From Candidatus Danuiimicrobium aquiferis (lineage in GTDB: Bacteria; Omnitrophota; Omnitrophia; Omnitrophales; Danuiimicrobiaceae), in the NCBI GenBank assembly GCA_001804285.1, contig MHFR01000037.1:19552-83551 (forward strand): DNA of 64,000 nt. Direction: 5' to 3'. The notes under the pieces were generated by a model. It was not told the origin of the DNA. It searched no databases and was given only the letters and a program-made list of their open reading frames with translations. Position numbers and translations under genes: made by a program. Of this stretch, positions 1-11,163 are shown piece after piece. Numbering within the stretch: position 1 is the first letter of the stretch; every line of letters begins with the position of its first letter.

Positions 1-224
1 AGGGCTGCCTGAGCGTTCCCGGCGCATCCGCCGAAATCCGGCGTGCAACAGAAATTAAATTTCAAGCCATGGATTTGAAAGGGAAAACCTTCACCGAAAA
101 AGCCACCGGCTTCTACGCACGCGTCATTCAGCACGAACTCGACCACTTAAATGGCACACTCATCATCGACAGGGTTGATTTTGTCCGGCGTCAACAGCTG
201 TTAAGCACGTATAAACTTATTTAA
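1..224 (+). CDS. def: peptide deformylase, 3' portion (5' end lies outside the window)
   Basis: Frame-0 translation reads ...GCLSVPGASAEIRR...VIQHELDHLNGTLIIDRVD...KLI*, containing PDF motif 2 (EGCLS-like) and motif 3 (QHExDH). Stop at 222-224, 2 nt before the fmt start, giving the classic def-fmt pair. Confidence 0.9.
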   Translation, partial: GCLSVPGASAEIRRATEIKFQAMDLKGKTFTEKATGFYARVIQHELDHLNGTLIIDRVDFVRRQQLLSTYKLI

Positions 225-226
225 AT

Positions 227-1171
227 ATGTTCAACATCGTTGTCTTCAGTTCCTCGTCGTTTTCGATTCCACTCCTGAATCGGTTGGTTGCTGCAAAAAA
301 ATTCAATATTTATATCATAACAACCCCGGATCAAAAAAAAGGGCGCGGTCAAAAAAAGATTTTAAACGAAATTAAATTATTTGCCGAGGAACAGAAATTT
401 ATCTGCATCGCACCCGAAAGACTTAAAACACCCGAAGTACTTGAACAAGTTAAAAGTTTTCAGCCCGATTTCATGATGATTGCTTCCTATGGCAAACTCA
501 TTCCAAGTTCGCTTTTTTCTCTCTCAAAATATGCGTCACTCAACATTCATCCATCTCTCTTGCCAAAATATCGCGGTGCATCACCCGTTCAAGCGGCAAT
601 CCTGAATGGCGATATCGAGACGGGGGTCAGCATTGCCGAGGTAACGGATCGATTGGACGCAGGCGACATTTTCGCTCAAGAAAAAACACCAATCGCCAGA
701 GACGAGTATTGCGAGGATTTAATGAACCGCCTTGCCCACGTGGGTGCAAATCTCGCAATACAAACAATCGAAAATTTAACAAAAGGGAATCTGTTCAAAA
801 CACCGCAGAACGAGGCGGCTTCGAGTTACGCGAAAAAAATCGAAAAAGACGACGGGCTTATCGACTGGAAGTGTCCGGCGGAAATGATTTACAATCAAAT
901 TCGCGCTTATTATCCTTGGCCTTCGGCATTTACATTCTTGAATGGAATTCGGTTGAAAATTCTGGAAGCGAAAGTTTGTAATGACAGTTCAGATGCAACA
1001 CGGACTAAGACCGGCACAATGACTGTCAAAAATAAACCACCTCACTTGTTTGTGCAAACAGGAGACGGCTCGATTGAGATAGTGCACCTTCAGCCAGAAG
1101 GAAAAACCCCCATTACGGCTGTTGATTTTTTAAACGGCTATCGACTAAACACCGGCGATCACTTAGGATAA
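227..1171 (+). CDS. fmt: methionyl-tRNA formyltransferase
   Basis: 314-aa ORF directly after def. Formyltransferase N-domain (...HPSLLPKYRGASP...) and C-terminal domain are present. Confidence 0.9.
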   Translation: MFNIVVFSSSSFSIPLLNRLVAAKKFNIYIITTPDQKKGRGQKKILNEIKLFAEEQKFICIAPERLKTPEVLEQVKSFQPDFMMIASYGKLIPSSLFSLSKYASLNIHPSLLPKYRGASPVQAAILNGDIETGVSIAEVTDRLDAGDIFAQEKTPIARDEYCEDLMNRLAHVGANLAIQTIENLTKGNLFKTPQNEAASSYAKKIEKDDGLIDWKCPAEMIYNQIRAYYPWPSAFTFLNGIRLKILEAKVCNDSSDATRTKTGTMTVKNKPPHLFVQTGDGSIEIVHLQPEGKTPITAVDFLNGYRLNTGDHLG

Positions 1172-1172
1172 T

Positions 1173-2324
1173 ATGACAAAAGTTCTTCATTTAACCACTC
1201 ATGTCAATGTTGGCGGAATTACTAGCTATATCCGATTACTCACGAAAGAAATGCGCGGACTCGGATATCAGTTTTATGTTGCTTCAAGCGGCGGGAATCA
1301 ACGAGAAACCATAGAAAAAAGCGGCGTTTACTGCAAACGATTTAATATTAAAACGAAGAGTGAATTGAGTCCGAAACTTTATTTCGCTATTTTGCCGCTT
1401 GTCCGATTTGTCAAACGTGAAAAAATTGATATGATGCACGCCCATACGCGCGTCACACAAGTCTTAGCCTGGTGGATCAGGCTTTTCACGGGCATTCCGT
1501 ACGTGTCCACGTGCCATGGTTTTTACAAACACCGGCTTGGAAGAAAATTATTCCCCGCGTGGGGTAATCATGTAATTGCCATCAGCGGGCCGGTCGAAGA
1601 TATGTTAAAAGAAAAGTTTGATGTTCCTGGAAACCGCGCCAGCACAATTTTCAACGCTGTGGATATTGATGATTTGAATGCTCGTTATCAACAAAAGAAT
1701 CCGATAACAATACGAAACGAGCTGAATATCGAGCCCAATGCACCGGTTGTGGGAATTATTGCTCGTGTTGTAGTTGATAAAGGCCATGAATATTTTCTTC
1801 GAGCCGTCAACAAACTTTCGACCGGACAGTTTCCCAATATTATAGTTTTAATCGTCGGAGAAGGACCTAACTTAACTAAAATCGAAAATTTGGTAGATGG
1901 CTTGGCCATGCAAAATAAAGTCCGGTTTCTGGGATCTTTGCATGATGTCACCTATGCGTTATCCGTCATGGATATTTTCGTTTTGCCGGCGATTTGGCGA
2001 GAAGGATTTGGCCTGTCGATTATTGAAGCAATGGCAGTCAAAAAACCGGCAATCGTAACAAATATTTGGGCATTGAACGCACTGATCGAAGATAGAGTAA
2101 ATGGAATCCTTGTCCCGCCGAAAGATGAACACGCACTGGCCGAAGCTATTACGGAATTACTGACAAATAATTCCCTTTATCAAACACTCTCCGAAAATGG
2201 TTTTGCCATGGTCAAAGAACGGTTTTCTATTCCCATTATGGCCGCAAATATGTCGAAACTTTATCAGGAAGTTCTTCGCACGATAAATTCAAAAAACGGC
2301 CTCTTATCCCGCCTTTTCAATTAG
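1173..2324 (+). CDS. glycosyltransferase family 4 (GT4/RfaB-like)
   Basis: 383-aa ORF with a GT4 C-terminal E-x7-E-type region (REGFGLSIIEAMAVKKPAIV). Start lies 2 nt after the fmt stop. Confidence 0.75.
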   Translation: MTKVLHLTTHVNVGGITSYIRLLTKEMRGLGYQFYVASSGGNQRETIEKSGVYCKRFNIKTKSELSPKLYFAILPLVRFVKREKIDMMHAHTRVTQVLAWWIRLFTGIPYVSTCHGFYKHRLGRKLFPAWGNHVIAISGPVEDMLKEKFDVPGNRASTIFNAVDIDDLNARYQQKNPITIRNELNIEPNAPVVGIIARVVVDKGHEYFLRAVNKLSTGQFPNIIVLIVGEGPNLTKIENLVDGLAMQNKVRFLGSLHDVTYALSVMDIFVLPAIWREGFGLSIIEAMAVKKPAIVTNIWALNALIEDRVNGILVPPKDEHALAEAITELLTNNSLYQTLSENGFAMVKERFSIPIMAANMSKLYQEVLRTINSKNGLLSRLFN

Positions 2325-2364
2325 CGAATACTCATTCGTCATTTAAATCATTATAAAACTATAA

Positions 2365-3519
<1,155 letters not shown>

Positions 3520-3528
3520 AATGAACAC

Positions 3529-3590
3529 GCAATCTTGCGGTTGTCTGCGCGAATCGGCGAAGGCAACCGCAAGTTGCTTTGTGAATTTTC
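3529..3590 (+). terminator. intrinsic terminator-like hairpin downstream of gap
   Basis: GCAATCTTGCGGTTG...CAACCGCAAGTTGC (about 14-bp stem with one bulge) followed by TTTGTGAATTTT, beginning 10 nt after the gap stop. Confidence 0.5.
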
Positions 3591-3610
3591 CGCCATACAG
3601 CGCGGACGGA

Positions 3611-3686
3611 TCCGCCAACAATTTGTGGCGGATTCCCGCCTAATGCACGGCGGAGCAGTGCTGCTTCGCTGCATGCGGGAATGACA
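3611..3686 (+). repeat. family-B palindromic repeat copy (ATTCCCGCC...GCGGGAATGACA), preceded by a TCCGCCA/TGGCGGA hairpin
   Basis: Direct read: tccgccaacaatttgtggcggattcccgcc...gcatgcgggaatgacaaag. The same ATTCCCGC-N-GCGGGAATGACA module recurs at 53334, 55373, 57208 and 60358. Confidence 0.55.
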
Positions 3687-3745
3687 AAGATGTTTGGGTT
3701 TACACAAAACCGGTTGCGAATTTATAAGACAAAGGATATTGAACG

Positions 3746-4927
3746 ATGAACAAGAAAACAATCGAGAATATTGACGTTCGGGGCAAACGAGTGATTGCGC
3801 GCGTTGATTATAACGTTCCAATCGAAGGTGACAAAATCACGGATGACGCCAGGATTGTTAAGACACTTCCTACCGTCAAATACTTGATTAAGCAGAAAGC
3901 TAAGATCATTTTGATGGCACATTTGGGCCGCCCAAAGGGTAAGAAAGATCCAAAATACACCCTGAAGCCGGTTGCGGACCATCTTGCAAAACTTCTCGGA
4001 CAGCCTGTGAAATTTGTTCCGGATTGCATCGGCGAAATCGCGCAAAGAGAAACAGCTAATTTAAAAGAAGGGGAAGTTGTGCTTCTTGAAAATCTCCGGT
4101 TTTATGCGGAAGAAGAAAAAAATGATGACAATTTCTCAAAACAGCTGGCTTCTCTCGGCGAAGTTTATGTGAATGATGCTTTTGGAGCGGCGCATCGCGC
4201 ACATTCCTCAACAGCAGGAATCGCAAAATATCTCCCGGCAGTCGCCGGTTACCTGCTTGCCAAAGAAATTGAATACTTTGATAAAGCACTCCAAAATCCG
4301 GAAAAACCGTTCCTCGCTATTTTGGGCGGGGCAAAAGTAGTCGATAAAATCAAAGTCATTGAAAATTTAATGACCAAAGTCGATTCGCTTTTGATCGGCG
4401 GCGCGATGGCCTATACTTTTTTAAAAGCGCAGGGACACACCATCGGTAAATCATTATTTGATGCGGAAGGTTTTGACGTTGCAAAAAGCCTCCTCGAAAA
4501 AGCCAAACAAATGAAAATTCAAATGCTTTTCCCGGTCGACCACGTGATTTCCGACAAAGTCGAAGCGGGCGCGCCAACGCAACTTTGCGGGATTGATATT
4601 CCCGAAGGAAAACTGGGAGTCGACATCGGCCCAAAAACTGTCGATCAATTTACAAACGTCCTCAAAAATGCAAAAACGGTAATTTGGAACGGGCCTCTCG
4701 GCGTATTTGAAATTCCGGCATTTTCAAACGGAACAAAAAAAATTGCCGAATTTTTGGGCGATTTAAAACAGGCAACAAGAATTGTGGGCGGTGGAGAAAC
4801 AGCCGCAGCTTGCACGGAATTTGGTGTTGAAGAAAAAATGTCTCACGTCTCAACCGGTGGCGGCGCTTCGCTTGAGTACCTCGAAGGCAAAGTTCTTCCG
4901 GGTGTAGATGCTTTACTAAATAAATAA
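3746..4927 (+). CDS. pgk: phosphoglycerate kinase
   Basis: 393 aa. Conserved PGK N-domain (RVDYNVP) and C-terminal GGGASLE motif. Confidence 0.95.
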   Translation: MNKKTIENIDVRGKRVIARVDYNVPIEGDKITDDARIVKTLPTVKYLIKQKAKIILMAHLGRPKGKKDPKYTLKPVADHLAKLLGQPVKFVPDCIGEIAQRETANLKEGEVVLLENLRFYAEEEKNDDNFSKQLASLGEVYVNDAFGAAHRAHSSTAGIAKYLPAVAGYLLAKEIEYFDKALQNPEKPFLAILGGAKVVDKIKVIENLMTKVDSLLIGGAMAYTFLKAQGHTIGKSLFDAEGFDVAKSLLEKAKQMKIQMLFPVDHVISDKVEAGAPTQLCGIDIPEGKLGVDIGPKTVDQFTNVLKNAKTVIWNGPLGVFEIPAFSNGTKKIAEFLGDLKQATRIVGGGETAAACTEFGVEEKMSHVSTGGGASLEYLEGKVLPGVDALLNK

Positions 4928-4955
4928 CCAAACAATCGATTGAAAGGTGACTTTT

Positions 4956-5735
4956 ATGAAGAGAGTTCTAATTGTCGGCAACTGGAAAATGTTCAAAACC
5001 ATTCCCGAAGCTGTAAATCTTGTCAATAGCATTAAGGCCGGCGTTCATAAAATCAGCAACTGCGATATCGTCGCATGCCCACCATTCACAGCGTTAACCG
5101 CCGTTTCAGAACTTGTCAGAGATTCCAACGTTGACCTTGGTGCTCAGGATATGCATTTCGAAACAGAAGGGGCCTTTACCGGAGAAATTTCTCCGATGAT
5201 GTTAAAAGACGTCGGTTGCCGATATGTCATCCTTGGTCACTCCGAACGGCGGGCATACTTTAAAGAAACTGATGAACTCATTAATAAAAAAGTGAAAGCT
5301 GCTCTAAAATATAACATCGTACCGATTGTTTGCGTCGGAGAAACCCTGGAAGAGCGGGAAGCTCATAAAGCATTTGAAGTGGTTAAAAAACAATTTGATT
5401 ATTCGCTGGCCGACCTCGATGCCGCGGCCATTGAGCGCGTTGTCGTTGCTTATGAGCCTGTTTGGGCTATCGGCACGGGAAGAACGGCCACCCCAGAACA
5501 AGCGGAGCAAATGCATTCATACATCCGCCGGCTGCTGAATGAAAAATATGGCAGGGAAGTCGCCGCGCGAATCAAAATTCTTTACGGAGGAAGCGTCAAG
5601 CCCGATAACATAGAATTGTTAGTTTCAAAACCAAATATTGATGGTGCTCTGGTCGGCGGTGCTTCGATTAAAGCAGAATCGTTTATTCAGATTGTCAAAA
5701 ATTCATTGCCAAGCGAGATAAAAAGTAATTCATAA
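4956..5735 (+). CDS. tpiA: triosephosphate isomerase
   Basis: The tracked ORF begins with GTG at 4947. ATG at 4956 (MKRVLIVGNWKM) with AAAGGTGA 7 nt upstream is the more plausible start. Active-site motifs GNWKM, GHSERR and AYEPVWAIGTG are present. Confidence 0.95.
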   Translation: MKRVLIVGNWKMFKTIPEAVNLVNSIKAGVHKISNCDIVACPPFTALTAVSELVRDSNVDLGAQDMHFETEGAFTGEISPMMLKDVGCRYVILGHSERRAYFKETDELINKKVKAALKYNIVPIVCVGETLEEREAHKAFEVVKKQFDYSLADLDAAAIERVVVAYEPVWAIGTGRTATPEQAEQMHSYIRRLLNEKYGREVAARIKILYGGSVKPDNIELLVSKPNIDGALVGGASIKAESFIQIVKNSLPSEIKSNS

Positions 5736-5761
5736 AACTTAACTGAGTGAAGGAGATTTCC

Positions 5762-6289
5762 GTGACAATTGTTCTCATCGTTTTACATGTCTGTGCGAGT
5801 TTATTTTTAATTGCGGTCATTTTGCTGCAAGCCGGGCGCGGCCAAGGACTGAGTTGGGGAATGATGGGTGGCTCACCGCAATCTATTTTGGGAACCAAAA
5901 CCGCAAGTTTCTTAACGCGACTTACGACAATTTGCGCATTCCTATTCTTGTTTACCTGCATTGGCCTGAATCTGATCGAAATCAGAAGATCCAAGTCCTT
6001 AATGAATTTAAGCAGGGGGGCAAGCCAAGTCGATTTGACCAAAATCAAAGAAGCCCTGGACAAAATCAAGAAAGAACCGGCTACCGTAGCCGCAACACAA
6101 GCCACTGACAAGACGGCACCTGCCGCTGAAACAACAAAAGCTGATACAGCCGAAACGGCAAAGGCAGCCCAAACAACCGCAGCAGAAGCAACAAAAACAG
6201 CCGAGGCTTCTGCAATCCCAGCAGCCGCTACAGAAAAACCAAAAACTGCCGAAACTAAAGTAGCTAACCAAACGAAACCTCAAACGTAA
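5762..6289 (+). CDS. secG: preprotein translocase subunit SecG with a long Ala/Thr/Lys/Glu-rich C-terminal extension
   Basis: It sits directly after tpiA, the conserved tpiA-secG arrangement. The N-terminal 75 aa carry two TM helices and the LLQAGRGQGL SecG signature. GTG at 5762 is preceded by AGGAG at 5751-5755; the ORF track extends to a GTG at 5747. The C-terminal roughly 90 aa are low complexity. Confidence 0.75.
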   Translation: MTIVLIVLHVCASLFLIAVILLQAGRGQGLSWGMMGGSPQSILGTKTASFLTRLTTICAFLFLFTCIGLNLIEIRRSKSLMNLSRGASQVDLTKIKEALDKIKKEPATVAATQATDKTAPAAETTKADTAETAKAAQTTAAEATKTAEASAIPAAATEKPKTAETKVANQTKPQT

Positions 6290-6308
6290 AAAGCTTAAAG
6301 AGGTCATT

Positions 6309-7334
6309 ATGCCGGAACTACGGAAAGATCCCGTTACGGAACGATGGGTGATTATTGCCACTGAGCGTGGCAAACGTCCCTATGATGCAAGTGAAATCGC
6401 TCATTCATGGGCGGAAAACGATCATTGTCCATTCTGCGCCGGGCATGAACATTTGACCCCCTCCGAAATTGCGGCTATTCGCGATCCCTCATCGAAACCA
6501 AATGGACCAGGTTGGCAGGTTCGTGTCGTTCCCAATAAGTTTCCCGCACTCGGAATCGATACCCCTCTCGCAAAACAAGGGACGGGAATGTATGACCGGA
6601 TGACTGGGTTTGGCGCACACGAAGTCATCATTGAATGTCCTGATCATACTCAGACGCTCCACAAACTTCCGATTGAGAATATAAAAAATGTCTTAGCTGT
6701 ATCCCAAAATCGAATCGAAGACCTTCAGAAAGATACGAGATTCCGATATGTCCTTTTATTTCGAAATGACGGCCCTCAAGCAGGCGCAACGATCGCCCAT
6801 CCGCACTCCCAAATTATCGCAACACCCATCACGCCCAAACGCGTAAAAGAAGAGCTTCGCGGAGCTGAAACCTATTTCAAATTAAAAGAACGCTGCGTGT
6901 TCTGCGACATTATTGACGAAGAAAAGCGGATTGGTGAAAGAATCGTTTATGAAAATGAACATTTTGTTTCCTTTTGTCCTTATTGGTCACGATTTCCGTT
7001 TGAAATTTGGTTGCTTCCGAAGAAACACGAACTCAACTTTTACAGTTCCCGGGCTCATTTGTTTGAAATGGCGCTTGCGCTCAAAACAACCATGGAAAAA
7101 CTGTCTCAGGTATTAAACAATCCGCAATACAATTATATTGTGCACTCGGGCCCAAACATGTTTGCGCGCAGAGGATACTGGCAAACCATCCAAGACGATT
7201 ACCACTGGCATTTCGAAATCATCCCCCGCTTGACCAAAGTAGCCGGTTTCGAATGGGGAACCGGATTTTATATCAATCCGACTCCGCCCGAAGATGCTGC
7301 CAAGTATCTCAGGGAAGCAAACGTCTTCGTGTAG
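6309..7334 (+). CDS. galactose-1-phosphate uridylyltransferase family protein (GalT-like, HIT superfamily)
   Basis: 341 aa. Carries a Cys/His zinc motif (HCPFCAGHE) and the catalytic H-x-H motif (IAHPHSQI) typical of GalT and related nucleotidyltransferases. Confidence 0.7.
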   Translation: MPELRKDPVTERWVIIATERGKRPYDASEIAHSWAENDHCPFCAGHEHLTPSEIAAIRDPSSKPNGPGWQVRVVPNKFPALGIDTPLAKQGTGMYDRMTGFGAHEVIIECPDHTQTLHKLPIENIKNVLAVSQNRIEDLQKDTRFRYVLLFRNDGPQAGATIAHPHSQIIATPITPKRVKEELRGAETYFKLKERCVFCDIIDEEKRIGERIVYENEHFVSFCPYWSRFPFEIWLLPKKHELNFYSSRAHLFEMALALKTTMEKLSQVLNNPQYNYIVHSGPNMFARRGYWQTIQDDYHWHFEIIPRLTKVAGFEWGTGFYINPTPPEDAAKYLREANVFV

Positions 7335-7504
7335 TTTTATATCGGCATGTTCTATTTTCCCGTGCTCATTTTGCTACTTCCTATAGAATCCCGGATCGGA
7401 AGTCGGGTGTGAAACAGATAAAGAGACCGCACAAAAATCGGCAGAAAAGATTTTAAACTACCTAAAAAAAGCGAAGATTATCTCCGCGTAATCTCTCGTA
7501 CCTA

Positions 7505-7533
7505 TTGCACCTCATACGTCCTGCGTATATAAT
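7505..7533 (+). promoter_or_regulatory. sigma70-type promoter for recG (TTGCAC-17-TATAAT)
   Basis: TTGCAC at 7505-7510, a 17-nt spacer, TATAAT at 7528-7533, ending 13 nt upstream of the recG ATG. Any leader would therefore be very short. Confidence 0.45.
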
Positions 7534-7545
7534 AAATAAAATTTT

Positions 7546-9630
7546 ATGGCTGTCATAACTTTCGATTCAAAAAACAAAGATTCCATCCGCTACATTAAGG
7601 GCATCGGCCCAAAAAGGGCGGAAATTTTAAACCGCCTGGGAATTCTCACCATTCGCGACTTGTGCTACTTTTTCCCCCGAACATACGAAGACCGGAGTCA
7701 ATTTCTCCCCATAAATACTGTCACGCCGGGGAGTCAAGTCACGATCCGCGGAACCGTTTTGGGAACATCTGTCAGACCGACCCGGAATATGACTCTTTGC
7801 GAAATGGTGATTCATGACAAAACCGGATCCATCACTGCCGTGTGGTTTAATCAACCGTACTTGAGCAATAAATTCAAACAGGGCGATCAAGTGATCCTCA
7901 GCGGAAAGGCAGAGTTTTACCAAAGGCGCATCCAATTAAGCAACCCGGAACATGAAATTATTCAACAAGGCGATGACGAAACCGTTCACACGGGGAGGAT
8001 TACGCCAATCTATCCGCTAACCGAGGGGCTTTTCCAGCGGGCCCTGAGAACTGTCATGAAAGAAGTTTCGGATCATTACGTCGCCCGGGAAGTCCGGGAA
8101 TTTATGCCTTTAACAATCCATAACAATTTAAACTTAATGGATCTGCATCAGGCACTAAAAACGATTCATTTCCCGGAAACGTTTCAATTACTCGAAGAAG
8201 CCCGGAAGCGGCTTGTGTTTGACGAGTTTTTCCTATTTCAATTGAGCCTGCTTTCAAAAATCAAAGCTTCCCAAACCGAAGGCTCCGGCCTGCCCATCAA
8301 GAAAAATATAAAATTATTAAGTGAGTTCAAGCAAAAACTTCCCTTCGAACTTACCACCGAGCAGGAAAAAGTGATTGATGAAATTATGAAACCCTTATCT
8401 CAGAGCATCCCAATGAACCGTTTGCTTCAAGGAGACGTCGGCTCGGGAAAAACAGTAGTTGCTTCATTTTTCCTATTTTTAGCTGCTCAATCAAAAATTC
8501 AAAGTGCTCTCTTGGTCCCCACCGAAATTCTTGCCGAACAACATTTTCATAATTTAAGCCCGCTCTTTCAAAAACTGGGCATTTCAAGTGTCTTGTTAAC
8601 GGGAGGATTGTCCGAAGAAAACAAAGTCGCCGCCCGCAAAAAAATAAAAACGGGCGGAGTACAAATCGTTATCGGCACCCATGCGCTTTTACAGGATGAC
8701 GTTTCCTTCACGCAACTCGGCCTTGTGATTATCGATGAACAACACCGATTTGGTGTTGAGCAAAGAGCAAAACTTCTGTTGAGAAAACCGCGGCCGCATC
8801 TTTTGGTGATGACAGCAACTCCGATCCCACGCACACTCGGATTAACTTTATATGGCGATCTGGACATCTCAACGATCGAGACGCTCCCGAAGGGGAGAAA
8901 AGAAATTAAAACCTATTGGATTCGTTCAGAAAAAGAACCGGATGTCCTAGAATACATAAATGAACGCATTATAAACGGGGGCGATCAGGCTTATGTGCTA
9001 TATCCGATCATCGAAGAAAATGAAAAGCTCGATCTCCTTGCGGCAAAAAAAGAATATGAAAGACTGAAAAACGGCCCATTTAAGAAATTAAAAGTCGGGC
9101 TTGTTCACGGACGGATTCAAAAAAAAGAACGTGACGAGGTGATGAAAGATTTTTACGCGAATAAAATCCGCGTCCTCGTTGCTACATCGGTCATCGAAGT
9201 CGGCGTCGACAACCCCAACGTGACTTGTATGGTCATCGAAAATGCGGAGCGATTCGGACTTGCCCAACTCCACCAAATGCGCGGACGGATTGGTCGGGGC
9301 ACTAAAGAATCCGTCTGTTTCCTTTTTGGGAGCCCGGAAACAGAAGAAGGAAAAAAGCGGCTCAGGATTCTCACCAAAACAACAAACGGTTTCGAAATTG
9401 CCGAACAGGATTTGCTCCTTCGCGGTCCCGGCGATTTCTTGGGAACCCAGCAAAGCGGAATCCCGTTTTTCAATCTTGCCGATTTCAGTAAAGACCAAGA
9501 GCTTCTGCTTCTCGCAAGGCAGGAAGCTTTAAAACTTCTGGAATCCGATCCAAAACTTTCAAAACAGGAACATCAACTGCTATTAACAGAAATTGAAATG
9601 CGTGAAAAACACGCGGCGGCACTGCCATGA
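7546..9630 (+). CDS. recG: ATP-dependent DNA helicase RecG
   Basis: 694 aa. N-terminal wedge domain, helicase motif I (GDVGSGKT), DEQHRFG and a C-terminal helicase domain. Confidence 0.9.
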   Translation: MAVITFDSKNKDSIRYIKGIGPKRAEILNRLGILTIRDLCYFFPRTYEDRSQFLPINTVTPGSQVTIRGTVLGTSVRPTRNMTLCEMVIHDKTGSITAVWFNQPYLSNKFKQGDQVILSGKAEFYQRRIQLSNPEHEIIQQGDDETVHTGRITPIYPLTEGLFQRALRTVMKEVSDHYVAREVREFMPLTIHNNLNLMDLHQALKTIHFPETFQLLEEARKRLVFDEFFLFQLSLLSKIKASQTEGSGLPIKKNIKLLSEFKQKLPFELTTEQEKVIDEIMKPLSQSIPMNRLLQGDVGSGKTVVASFFLFLAAQSKIQSALLVPTEILAEQHFHNLSPLFQKLGISSVLLTGGLSEENKVAARKKIKTGGVQIVIGTHALLQDDVSFTQLGLVIIDEQHRFGVEQRAKLLLRKPRPHLLVMTATPIPRTLGLTLYGDLDISTIETLPKGRKEIKTYWIRSEKEPDVLEYINERIINGGDQAYVLYPIIEENEKLDLLAAKKEYERLKNGPFKKLKVGLVHGRIQKKERDEVMKDFYANKIRVLVATSVIEVGVDNPNVTCMVIENAERFGLAQLHQMRGRIGRGTKESVCFLFGSPETEEGKKRLRILTKTTNGFEIAEQDLLLRGPGDFLGTQQSGIPFFNLADFSKDQELLLLARQEALKLLESDPKLSKQEHQLLLTEIEMREKHAAALP

Positions 9631-10208
9631 GAATTATCGGCGGAAGACTAAAGCGCAGACTAATCGACTTTCCCAAAACAAGAGACACCCGGCCGTTAAC
9701 TGACCGGTCAAAGGAAACCATTTTCAATATCCTGGCAACACTACCGGAATCAGCCCATATTCTTGATCTGTATGCAGGAAGCGGAAGCTTTGGGCTTGAA
9801 GCCTTAAGCCGTGGGGCACAATTTGTCGACTTTGTTGACCATGCCCCCATCTGCAAAGGGTGTATTTCAGATAACTTGAAAAAATTAGAACTGGCCCAAA
9901 TGGCCAGAATCCACACCCTGGAAGTTGAAATCGCACTCAAACAATTTGAAAAGTCAAACAAAAAGTTCGATTTGATTTTTGTCGATCCGCCTCATAATAA
10001 AGGACTTATAAAAAAAACATTGAATGAAATAGACCGATCTGATATATTACCCATCGAAGGACATGTTATTGTTGGACATTCCAATAAAGAAGATGTTCCT
10101 GAAGACCTGGTCACGCTTATTCCATATAAAAAGGTTAAAATAGGGCAGAGTTTTGTTAGTTTTTTTATTAAATGCGACGTGAAAAATGGCAGTGAAAAAG
10201 GGAAATAA
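9627..10208 (+). CDS. rsmD: 16S rRNA (guanine966-N2)-methyltransferase RsmD family
   Basis: 193 aa. Contains LDLYAGSGSFGLEA (SAM binding) and FVDPPH (the DPPF/Y-type motif). Overlaps the recG stop by 4 nt. Confidence 0.75.
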   Translation: MRIIGGRLKRRLIDFPKTRDTRPLTDRSKETIFNILATLPESAHILDLYAGSGSFGLEALSRGAQFVDFVDHAPICKGCISDNLKKLELAQMARIHTLEVEIALKQFEKSNKKFDLIFVDPPHNKGLIKKTLNEIDRSDILPIEGHVIVGHSNKEDVPEDLVTLIPYKKVKIGQSFVSFFIKCDVKNGSEKGK

Positions 10209-10683
10209 AGCTCTTTATACAGGCAGTTTCGATCCCGTAACGTACGGACATATCGATCTCATTAATCGAGCGTTGAAGATCTTTGACGAAATCCATGTCG
10301 GAATCGCAATTAATATCGATAAAAGCCCTTACTTTTCTCTTGAAGAGCGACTTGATTTTTTGCGGTCTTCAGTCGGAAAAAACCCTAAAATAAAAATCGA
10401 GGCATTCAAAGGGTTGAGTGTAGCGTACGCCAGGGAAAAGGGGATTCGAAACATTATTCGCGGAGTCAGGGTCACTTCGGATTTTGATTATGAGTTTCAG
10501 ATGGCCCTCACAAACCGCCAGCTTGCGCCGGATGTGGAAACCGTATTCCTGATGCCGTCTGAAAAACATTTTTATTTGTCTTCGCGATTGATCAAAGAAA
10601 TCGCATTCTCGGGCGGCAAAATTTCTTCGTTCGTTCCGCCGATTGTGAAAAATGCGTTCCGGAATCGGCTCAGCAGAAAATAA
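10186..10683 (+). CDS. coaD: phosphopantetheine adenylyltransferase
   Basis: 165 aa. GSFDPVTYGHIDLI (T/HxGH nucleotidyltransferase motif). Overlaps the rsmD 3' end by 23 nt. Confidence 0.9.
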   Translation: MAVKKGNKALYTGSFDPVTYGHIDLINRALKIFDEIHVGIAINIDKSPYFSLEERLDFLRSSVGKNPKIKIEAFKGLSVAYAREKGIRNIIRGVRVTSDFDYEFQMALTNRQLAPDVETVFLMPSEKHFYLSSRLIKEIAFSGGKISSFVPPIVKNAFRNRLSRK

Positions 10684-10706
10684 GTTGCGGAAAGGTTTTT
10701 GATCTA

Positions 10707-11117
10707 ATGATATTTGATATCTTGAAATTAAAAGAGGGAATTGCCGAAGAAGTCAGCAACGATTACAATGCTGATAAGCTTGATTTGGGATTATTTGACA
10801 TTCAATTTAAAAGCCTGATTCATCTTGAGGGTATCGTCGAAAAAGTTCAGACAAATTTGCTCTTCCGGGGAAATTTGTCAAGTCAAATCGAACAGGTTTG
10901 TGCGCGTTGTCTGTGCGTGACACAATCGAAATTGACAATCCCCTTCGATTTATGTTATGAAATAGCGGGCATGGAAACACTTAACGCAACAAATGATTTG
11001 CGGGACTACTTAATTTTAGATAATTCGGATCGTTTTATTTGTAAAAAAGATTGCAAAGGCATTTGCCCGACATGCGGCGTGAATTTGAATGAAGCCGATT
11101 GTTACTGCAAGTCATGA
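10707..11117 (+). CDS. yceD: DUF177/YceD family protein
   Basis: 136 aa with a C-terminal CPTCG...C..C zinc ribbon. It sits immediately upstream of rpmF-plsX, as in the conserved yceD-rpmF-plsX-fabH arrangement. Confidence 0.7.
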   Translation: MIFDILKLKEGIAEEVSNDYNADKLDLGLFDIQFKSLIHLEGIVEKVQTNLLFRGNLSSQIEQVCARCLCVTQSKLTIPFDLCYEIAGMETLNATNDLRDYLILDNSDRFICKKDCKGICPTCGVNLNEADCYCKS

Positions 11118-11163
11118 ATATTGATTTGAAATAGGCAGTTTGAGGAAAGGAAGGAAATCTGAC

